This document shows, one piece after another, positions 36,427 through 43,033 of a stretch of DNA of 64,000 nt. The notes below the pieces were generated by a model. That model saw nothing but the letters and a program-made list of their open reading frames with translations. It made no database searches and had not been told where the DNA came from. Position numbers and translations under genes: made by a program. Numbering within the stretch: position 1 is the first letter of the stretch; every line of letters begins with the position of its first letter. The stretch spans positions 3,939 to 67,938 of the forward strand of contig CAIQPS010000168.1 of assembly GCA_903873715.1 (NCBI GenBank). The letters run 5' to 3'. This DNA is from an uncultured Actinomycetes bacterium. Its GTDB lineage: Bacteria; Actinomycetota; Thermoleophilia; RBG-16-64-13.

Positions 36427-37617
36427 TTACTCGCGTACCTGCACCATTAGTTTGAACGCCCCGCCCAGGTCGCGTTCGTCGAGGAGGTTGCGCAGCACGG
36501 TCGCCTGCCGGTCGGCCTCGATGTCGTCGAGTCCCATGTCTCCAGCCGCGAGAGCCTCCAGCACATCCTCGGCGCCTCCGGCCCGCAGAAGTGCCGACAT
36601 GGTCCCGAACAGCACCGTCTCGAAGCCGTGGCGCCGGCTGTGCAGGTCGAGCGCGGCGAAATCGACGTCCGCAGTGAGGTCCTGCCGGCCCGGCCTGGCC
36701 AGGACGTCGGTGACCAGGCGCTGTTTGAAGTAGCCGCGCACGGTCTGACGGCGCAACCTTCGCCCCTCGAGCCCCCAACTCTCTCCCTCGTAGGGGACGC
36801 CGGGGAACCACTCGCCGTAGTCGATGTTGACGAAGCTTCCCGACGGCATGACCGCGGCCACCCCGGCCAGCAAGCGGTCCATCCCGGGGAAGACCTCGAT
36901 GACGCCGTCCTCGGTGAACGCTGCCAACCGCGCGGGGTCGACGGTACCGAAGAGTGTCTCCAGCTCGGCGACCGCCTCGGCGGTCACCGGCCCCCAGAAC
37001 TGCTCCAACCCGGACGCCCCCGCCCGCACGTACGACTCGCCGAGCCCCGCGGCATCGACCCGCACCAGATGCACCGGCAGGGTGTCGACGAACTCGTTGC
37101 CCACTATCACTGCCGGCCTCGTGCCGGCGCACGCCTCCGCGAGCGATGGTCCCCAGGCCACATCCCAGCCGGACACCGTGAAGGCCGTCAGCGCAGCGGC
37201 CTGCGTGCATTGCAGCCCCCCGCTCACCTCCACCGCCCGGTACGCGACCAAGTCCTTCAGTCCGGGCCTGGCCTCCTGCCAAAGACTGAGGAGTTCGCCG
37301 GCCAGGTGTCCCTCACCCCCGCCCAGCTCGACGACGCTCAACCGGCCTGTCCGGCCGGCCTCGCCGTCTCCGGACGGCGCACCGTCCGCGCCGAGCGCCG
37401 CGTCCAGCAGGTCGGTGACCAGCCGGGCGACGGTGCGGTTGAAGAAGGGCGACAGCCCCGGCGCGGTGTTGAAGTCTCCGCCGTGGCCGAGGATGCGGTC
37501 GGTGCGGCAGTAGTAGCCGAGCGATGGATGGGTCAGCGCCAGCTCCATGAAGCGGGCGAAGGTCACCCGGCCTCCCTCGGCGGCGATCGCCTCGGGGATG
37601 GAGGCGGGCTCGCTCAC
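36427..37617 (-). CDS. SAM-dependent methyltransferase, DUF185 / MidA (NDUFAF7-like) family
   Basis: GDFNTAPGLSPFF, VELGGGEG and VGNEFVDTLPVH blocks. The GTG start overlaps the upstream stop (GTGA). Confidence 0.75.
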   Translation of the reverse strand: MSEPASIPEAIAAEGGRVTFARFMELALTHPSLGYYCRTDRILGHGGDFNTAPGLSPFFNRTVARLVTDLLDAALGADGAPSGDGEAGRTGRLSVVELGGGEGHLAGELLSLWQEARPGLKDLVAYRAVEVSGGLQCTQAAALTAFTVSGWDVAWGPSLAEACAGTRPAVIVGNEFVDTLPVHLVRVDAAGLGESYVRAGASGLEQFWGPVTAEAVAELETLFGTVDPARLAAFTEDGVIEVFPGMDRLLAGVAAVMPSGSFVNIDYGEWFPGVPYEGESWGLEGRRLRRQTVRGYFKQRLVTDVLARPGRQDLTADVDFAALDLHSRRHGFETVLFGTMSALLRAGGAEDVLEALAAGDMGLDDIEADRQATVLRNLLDERDLGGAFKLMVQVRE

Positions 37618-38225
37618 CTGCCGCCGGCAGCCAGGGCCGCGACCACCTGCCTGAAATATTCGAGCGGCTGCGCCCCTACCACCTTCGGCCCATCGGCGAA
37701 GAAATAGGTGGGCACGCCGGTGACGCCCAGCCGGCGGGCTTCCTCCTCGGCGGCCCGGCGGCGGTCCGCATAAGTGCCGTTCGCGAGCGCCCCGCTGAGG
37801 GCGGCGCCGTCGAGCCCCACTCCCTCGGCGATGCGCATCAGCACCTCGATATCGCCGATATCCTCACCTTCCGCGAAGTACGCGGCCAGAGTGCGGCGGT
37901 GGAAGTCGTGGAACTTTCCGGCATCCCGGGCGAACTCGGCGGCCTCGCAGGCCAGCCGGGTGTTGGACAGCCGCCCCTGGGGTTCGAACGGCAACCCCAG
38001 TTCCTCGGCGCGCCGGCGAAGTGGGTCGAGATGCCGCGCGGCCCCGGGGCCGAACAACTTCTCCAGCGACATGCCTTCGGGCGGCGTCTCGGGATGGATC
38101 TCGTAGCTCAGCCACTCGTCTTCGAGTGGGAACTCCTCTTTCAGCTTATCGACAATACCCGTGCCGATATAGCAGAACGGTCATATGTAGTCGGAGAAGG
38201 CCCTGACGTGGATCGGTACGCTCAT
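37614..38225 (-). CDS. DsbA/FrnE-family thiol-disulfide oxidoreductase with in-frame TGA at the first CxxC cysteine (candidate selenoprotein, or pseudogene)
   Basis: The track splits it into 38181-38585 (...MSVPIHVRAFSDYI*) and 37614-38072. My in-frame read across the gap is MSVPIHVRAFSDYI-TGA-PFCYIGTGIVDKLKEEFPLEDEWLSYEIHPETPPEGMSLEKLF..., the canonical sDY.CPFCYiG N-terminus of FrnE-like DsbA proteins. The total is 203 codons. ATG 38225 overlaps the upstream stop (ATGA). Confidence 0.55.
38147..38169 (-). promoter_or_regulatory. candidate bacterial SECIS-like stem-loop
   Basis: The mRNA UAUCGGCA-CGGGUAU-UGUCGAUA lies 12-34 nt after the UGA. It has an 8-bp stem with one G-U pair and a 7-nt loop with G at its second position. 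Confidence 0.3.
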
Positions 38226-38545
38226 TTGAACTGCCCCCATTCGGGATCCGCGGCGCCGGCGCGGCCGTGGATCATATTGCCTCGCGCATCGCGGCCGAGC
38301 TCCGGAGGGGTCTCGTAGAGCTCGTCGAGCGCCTCCGCGGCCGCTTCGAGACTCAGAGAATACGGGTAGGGATAGTTGCCCGCCACCGGCCGTCCCGCCT
38401 TGCTCTCGATGCGGAAACAGCCGTAGTCCATGCGGCTCTCGTCGCGGGCCCGGGACTTGCGGAGCACCAGCCCCATCGAGGCAGCCATGCGGCGCACGCG
38501 GGCTTCGTTGCGCTTCTGTTCGGCGGCTGTGAGGTCGTCGGCCAT
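38222..38545 (-). CDS. small hypothetical protein
   Basis: ATG 38545 follows GAGGAGGA. The sequence is MADDLTAAEQKRNEARVRRMAASMGLVLRKSRARDESRMDYGCFRI... Only the C-terminal 107 codons of the 221-aa track ORF look coding. Confidence 0.5.
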   Translation of the reverse strand: MADDLTAAEQKRNEARVRRMAASMGLVLRKSRARDESRMDYGCFRIESKAGRPVAGNYPYPYSLSLEAAAEALDELYETPPELGRDARGNMIHGRAGAADPEWGQFK

Positions 38546-38653
38546 CGTGCGATCCTCCTCGGGAGAATGCGATGCAACTCGGCATACGATACCAGCCCTG
38601 AGACGGCTACAATCGTATCGGAACAGACCACCGACCAGAGAGGAGCCCCCCGG

Positions 38654-38944
38654 ATGCCCGTCAACCTCTCTATCAAGAACGTCCCCGACGACGTGGCCCG
38701 AGGCCTCCACAACCGCGCGGCCCGTAACAACCGGACGATCCAGCAAGAACTTCTCGCCATCCTCAAGGATGCGGCGAAGGATCAGGAAGACGTCAGCCTG
38801 GACGTCCTTTTGGCCAACGCTCAGAAGAAGAAGCCCACGCTCGACGAGCGGACCTCCCGGGTGCTCGCCGATGAGGACGCAAAGCACGAGCAGACGGCCA
38901 AGAGGTTCGCCGACCTGCTCGGGTCGCCGGACGACGAGGACTGA
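38654..38944 (+). CDS. ribbon-helix-helix (Arc/FitA-like) DNA-binding protein, antitoxin-like
   Basis: MPVNLSIKNVPDDVARGLHNRAARNNRTIQQELLAIL is a typical FitA/Arc RHH N-terminus, followed by an acidic tail. ATG 38654 lies behind GAGAGGAG. Confidence 0.65.
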   Translation: MPVNLSIKNVPDDVARGLHNRAARNNRTIQQELLAILKDAAKDQEDVSLDVLLANAQKKKPTLDERTSRVLADEDAKHEQTAKRFADLLGSPDDED

Positions 38945-39024
38945 CCGGCCGCGCGGCGGCTAGGCGCGCCGCGCCAGGGACCGCTCAGCGCGCCGTCGTC
39001 CGGGCCGGCGCCGAAAGGAAGCCG

Positions 39025-40593
39025 CTATAAGCCGGCGGCGTGCCGCCCCGCTATCCAGGCGAACGTGAAGGCGTGGCCGATCCCGCTGCCTTCTATCTGT
39101 GGCGGATAGACCATCCCGTAGAAGCTGCCGGCGTTGTTGCCCACCGCGTACAGACCGGGGATGACCCGGCCCTTCTTGTCGAGCACCTTCATCTCGGCGT
39201 TGACCTTCACGCCTCCGCGCGTGCCGGTGATGGCCGCACCGATGCCGGCCGCGTAGAACGGCGGCGTGTCGATGGGCTGCATCCAGACAGGTTCCTTGAG
39301 ACAGTCGTCGTCGTGACCCTTGGCGCACAACTCGTTGTAGCGGGCGACCGTCGCGAGCAGGTTCTCGAGCGGCACGTCGATCTTCGCCGCGAGCTCCTCG
39401 AGGCTGTCGGCGCGCACCGTGACGCCTTCGCGTAGGTCTATCTCCAGTTGCTCCGGGGTGTTCCGCGACGCCGGGGTCTTCTCCGGGATCATCGGGAACT
39501 TCGTCTGCCAGGCACCGTCCCACAGGGCCCAGACCCGGCCCTCGGGCATGCCGAGGGCGGCCACCGCGTTCTGCTGGAACGGCAGGTTCTCGCTGGCGTA
39601 GCGGTAGCCGGCGATGTCCACGTAGAGCATGGGCATCGACGCGACGGCCGGGCACCACCACCAGTCCATGTAGAGCGCGTAGAACGGGTCGTCGGGGTGC
39701 ATGTTCCGGCCGGTGATGGTCTGCCCGGGGAACACGTCGCCGGCCACGATCTCGTCCATGTCGGCACCGGCCCAGATTGCCATCTTGTGGCCGTCGCCGG
39801 TGCAGTACTTGTTGGAGAAGTTGTTGACGTTCTTGGCGAGATGGGGGCAGTAGACCGACACCATCTCCTCGTCGTTGATGAAGTCGCCGGCGGCCAGGAT
39901 GACGCCCTTGGCGGCCGTGACCTTCAGGTAGTCGCCGTTCGCGTCGCGGGCGATGACGCCGGTCACGCGGCCGGACGCGTCGCGGACGAGTTGCTCGGCG
40001 GTGGTGTTGTAGTGGTAGACGGCGCCACATTCCTGAGCGTGCTGCACCATGGGCGCCATCCAGTCGACGTTCTCGCCCTCCTCGAAGGTCTTGCCCATCC
40101 GGTGGAGCACGCAGTACTCGTTCCAGAACTGGTTGGGACGTACGAGCGACCGCTCGAGGCCGGCGCCGGTGATGCCGCCGGTGTCCACCGACCGCACTTC
40201 CACGCCTTTGTCGGCCAGGATGTCGGTGAGCCAATCGGCGACTTCGGCGCTGTGGCGCAGCCAGAGAGCAGTGAGCGGCAAGCGGCCCTGGAAGGCCATC
40301 GTCGAGCCCCAGGTGTCGAGCATGATCCGCTCGCTCAACTCCTGCGAAAGCTCGACCCCCACCGCTTTCTGCGCTTTGGTGCCGAACGCGGCGAACCCGC
40401 CGGTCCGATGGGTCCCGAACGTCGGGCCCTTCTCGAGCACCCGCACGCTGGCCCCCATCTCGGCGGCTTTCATGGCCGCGGGGGTGCCGGAGATACCGGC
40501 GCCGACGACCACCACGTCGCAGGCCACAGTCTCCGCGATGGCGGAGTCGGGGATGGGCTCGGGGGCTATCTCGAACGAATGGGGTCCGCGCAC
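39025..40593 (-). CDS. FAD-dependent oxidoreductase, fumarate reductase / KstD-type flavoprotein family
   Basis: DVVVVGAGISGTPAA, ILAAGDF, GLYAVGNNAG. Start set to GTG 40593, 7 nt after GGAGG; the track start 40626 is also a GTG. Confidence 0.8.
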   Translation of the reverse strand: MRGPHSFEIAPEPIPDSAIAETVACDVVVVGAGISGTPAAMKAAEMGASVRVLEKGPTFGTHRTGGFAAFGTKAQKAVGVELSQELSERIMLDTWGSTMAFQGRLPLTALWLRHSAEVADWLTDILADKGVEVRSVDTGGITGAGLERSLVRPNQFWNEYCVLHRMGKTFEEGENVDWMAPMVQHAQECGAVYHYNTTAEQLVRDASGRVTGVIARDANGDYLKVTAAKGVILAAGDFINDEEMVSVYCPHLAKNVNNFSNKYCTGDGHKMAIWAGADMDEIVAGDVFPGQTITGRNMHPDDPFYALYMDWWWCPAVASMPMLYVDIAGYRYASENLPFQQNAVAALGMPEGRVWALWDGAWQTKFPMIPEKTPASRNTPEQLEIDLREGVTVRADSLEELAAKIDVPLENLLATVARYNELCAKGHDDDCLKEPVWMQPIDTPPFYAAGIGAAITGTRGGVKVNAEMKVLDKKGRVIPGLYAVGNNAGSFYGMVYPPQIEGSGIGHAFTFAWIAGRHAAGL

Positions 40594-40635
40594 CAGGTCA
40601 CCTCCAGGTCGTCGGCCGGCTCGCACAGTCGGCCG

Positions 40636-41469
40636 TCAGGCCACCTTGCCTTCCATCTCCTTGTACAACTGCGGCAGGATGCGGCCCAGGTTGGCGAACT
40701 CCTGGACGTCGTGCAGGAACAGGCCCTGGACGGCCTCCTCGGGGATGCGCATGCCCGGGGGCAGCATCAGCACGGGCTTCTTGTCGACGATCTGGTAACC
40801 CACCCAGAAGCGGTTACGCACCTCGATGCCCTCGTCGGTCTTGCGGACCAGGTGGACGAACGCCACCGGCAGGCCGGGGCCGTCCTTGGGATCGTCCACG
40901 CCGCGGGCCATCACGTTGGCCGCAGCCAGCGCCTCGGCGTACGGCGGCCGGTAGGCGTCCATGTCGAAGCCGAACTCTTCGGGCGTCAGGAAGGTGATGT
41001 CCACGGCGTTGAAGATGCCCCCGCCGATGTCCTCCACCACGTGATGGGTGAGGCCCTGGAACTTCTGAGTGAGCGGCGTGGCGGGGTCGAGCACCTTCGC
41101 GCGGGCGTCGGGGTCGAGCCGGGCCGACACGTGCATCTCCGGATACCAGAGCTTGTAGCGGAGGTCCTCCAGACCGTGCCAGGCGAACCACCAGTCGATC
41201 ATCTCGGGGGTGGCGCCTTTCATGGGATGGCGGAGGGCCACGCAGCCGCTGCCGTCCGGCATGACGCAGTAGCCGTTCTCGCCGGTGGTGTAGCCGGGTC
41301 TGAGCAGGTCGTTCGCGTCGTGGATGTCGTCGGCCTTGGCCGGGTCGAGCGGCTTGAGGTCCTTGAGCATCTCGGCGTGATGCGGCGCCGGCGGGGCCGA
41401 CGGCAGGTAGTAGTACTTGGCGTACGGCTGGGCCTTCTCGGCCTCGGTGAGCTCTATGCGTTCGGCCAT
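40636..41469 (-). CDS. DAPG hydrolase / phloretin hydrolase family protein (C-C hydrolase of acylphloroglucinols)
   Basis: 277 aa. It carries MIDWWFAWH, VHLVRKTDEGIEVRNRFWVG and C-terminal LHDVQEFANLGRILPQLY (H and E four residues apart). From recall these match PhlG/Phy family blocks and zinc ligands. Confidence 0.65.
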   Translation of the reverse strand: MAERIELTEAEKAQPYAKYYYLPSAPPAPHHAEMLKDLKPLDPAKADDIHDANDLLRPGYTTGENGYCVMPDGSGCVALRHPMKGATPEMIDWWFAWHGLEDLRYKLWYPEMHVSARLDPDARAKVLDPATPLTQKFQGLTHHVVEDIGGGIFNAVDITFLTPEEFGFDMDAYRPPYAEALAAANVMARGVDDPKDGPGLPVAFVHLVRKTDEGIEVRNRFWVGYQIVDKKPVLMLPPGMRIPEEAVQGLFLHDVQEFANLGRILPQLYKEMEGKVA

Positions 41470-41482
41470 CTCGGTCCCTCCG

Positions 41483-42154
41483 CTAGACGATGTAGTCGGT
41501 GGACGGGTCGTACGTGTCGTGCGGCGCGGGCGGCACCGGCACCAGTTCCATCACCGCGTTCGGCGAGTACATCCACACGTAGGAGGACTTCCGGTTCGGC
41601 TTCCACTCGTCCGGCAGACCGGGCGGGAAGATGTCGCCGATGTCCCCGGGATCGCCGGCCGGCGGCGCCGTCCACGGCACCTCGAACGGCGTGATGATGT
41701 TCAGGTAGACGTGCAGGTTGCGGATCTTCCAGCCGTCGGCCTCTTTGATGAAGTCGCAGCCGTAGGTGCCCCACACCCACATGGCGGTGAGCTTGCCGCC
41801 GAGCACCCGGGCCTCGTGGCCGGGCGACATCCACACACCCTTGGCGGTCTTGCCGTCCTTGGCCACCTCGATCACCGGGGTGGCGAGCATGTGCTGCATC
41901 ATCTGCCCTTCGATGGGCACGCCTATCTTGGACGTCCAGTTGTGGAAGCCGTGGAAGCAGCGGTACCCCGCATCCATGCCGTCCCACACGCCCAGCGGGC
42001 CGATCTCCACCTTCTGCGGCACCGTCTTGGCGAACAACTCCACCGTCTCGGTGAACATGTTGGCCGTGGTCAGGTACTCGTACATGCCCATGAGGTTGGT
42101 GATCTCATGGACGTCGTTGAGCTTACGGACCAACGCGCCCAGATCTTCAGACAT
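41483..42154 (-). CDS. NTF2-like (SnoaL_4-type) protein with C-terminal extension
   Basis: Paralogue of 22831-23532 (ATPVIEVAKDGKTAKGVWMSPG, MWVWGTYGCDFIKEADGWK). Confidence 0.6.
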   Translation of the reverse strand: MSEDLGALVRKLNDVHEITNLMGMYEYLTTANMFTETVELFAKTVPQKVEIGPLGVWDGMDAGYRCFHGFHNWTSKIGVPIEGQMMQHMLATPVIEVAKDGKTAKGVWMSPGHEARVLGGKLTAMWVWGTYGCDFIKEADGWKIRNLHVYLNIITPFEVPWTAPPAGDPGDIGDIFPPGLPDEWKPNRKSSYVWMYSPNAVMELVPVPPAPHDTYDPSTDYIV

Positions 42155-42187
42155 CTCGCTCTCCTTCTCTTAGCAGCTCCGCCGACC

Positions 42188-43033
42188 TCAGGCCTTCTCG
42201 AGGGCGACCGCCGGCAGCGTCAGGCTGGCGGCCGTCGGCGCGGCTTTGCGCTCCACCGGCTTGTAGCCGGCGGCTTGGATGGCCACGGTGTACTCGGCGC
42301 CCGGCTCCAGCTTGTCCACGAGGAAGTCGCCGTAGTTGTTGGTCACGGCCGTCGCGACCGCGGCGCCGTCCTTGGAGATGGTCACTTCGCAACCCTCGGC
42401 GCAGTCGCCGTTGTCGGCGAAGTAGGCGCTGCCGGCCACGAAGACCTTGGTCCAGCGGTACATGTTCTTGTAGTAGACCCGGGGCGTGGTGCCCAGTTCC
42501 GGCTTGCTGACCTCGAGACCGTCGGCGGCCACGCGGGCGGCCATCTCGGCGTCTTCGGCCATGACGAACTGCATGGCTCCGGTCGGGCACGCCTGGGAGC
42601 AGCGGGGCTGGGTCCATCCCTGGTCCACCAGGTGCGCGCAACCGGTGCACTTCTGGGCCACGCCGGCGTCGGCGTTCCAGGAGATGGCGCCGTAGGGGCA
42701 GGAATCCACGAGAGCCTCGTTCCCCTTGGCCTTCACCGGGTCGATGATGACGATCCCGTCCTCACGCTTGTAGATGGCGCCGGCGCTCGCATCCACACAG
42801 GGAGCGGCGTCGCAGTGCATGCATATGCCGGGCTTGTGGACCACCTGGATCTGCGGGAACTGGCCGCGCTCCTTGCGCTCGATCTCGAGCCAGCGGGCGC
42901 CTTCCCACGGCTGGGCCACGGAGAACGGCGCCCAGTCGTTGCCGGTGAACTCGTCCTTGTCGGCCATGAAGCAGCAGTTGCAGTCGTTGCAGAGGGCCAG
43001 GTCGATGACCATGTTCCATTTCTTGGCCATCAC
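42188..43033 (-). CDS. Fe-S small subunit of transhydroxylase-type molybdoenzyme
   Basis: CNDCNCCFMA, CMHCDAAPC, CPYG, CTGCAH...RCSQAC. KPELGTTPRVYYKNMYRW closely matches the block I recall from the P. acidigallici beta subunit. C-terminal beta-sandwich (NNYGDFLVDKLEPGAEYTV). The start overlaps the large-subunit stop (ATGA). Confidence 0.85.
   Translation of the reverse strand: MMAKKWNMVIDLALCNDCNCCFMADKDEFTGNDWAPFSVAQPWEGARWLEIERKERGQFPQIQVVHKPGICMHCDAAPCVDASAGAIYKREDGIVIIDPVKAKGNEALVDSCPYGAISWNADAGVAQKCTGCAHLVDQGWTQPRCSQACPTGAMQFVMAEDAEMAARVAADGLEVSKPELGTTPRVYYKNMYRWTKVFVAGSAYFADNGDCAEGCEVTISKDGAAVATAVTNNYGDFLVDKLEPGAEYTVAIQAAGYKPVERKAAPTAASLTLPAVALEKA

Noticed and set aside
38112-38129. 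Perfect 7-bp hairpin CCACUCG-AAGA-CGAGUGG, considered as an alternative SECIS for the UGA at 38181-38183.
   Set aside because: It lies 52-69 nt after the UGA, further than the usual bacterial UGA-to-loop distance. The nearer hairpin at 38147-38169 fits better.
38546-38887. N-terminal 114 codons of track ORF 38222-38887.
   Set aside because: They lie antisense to the RHH gene and have no SD. A strong GAGGAGGA precedes the internal ATG 38545.
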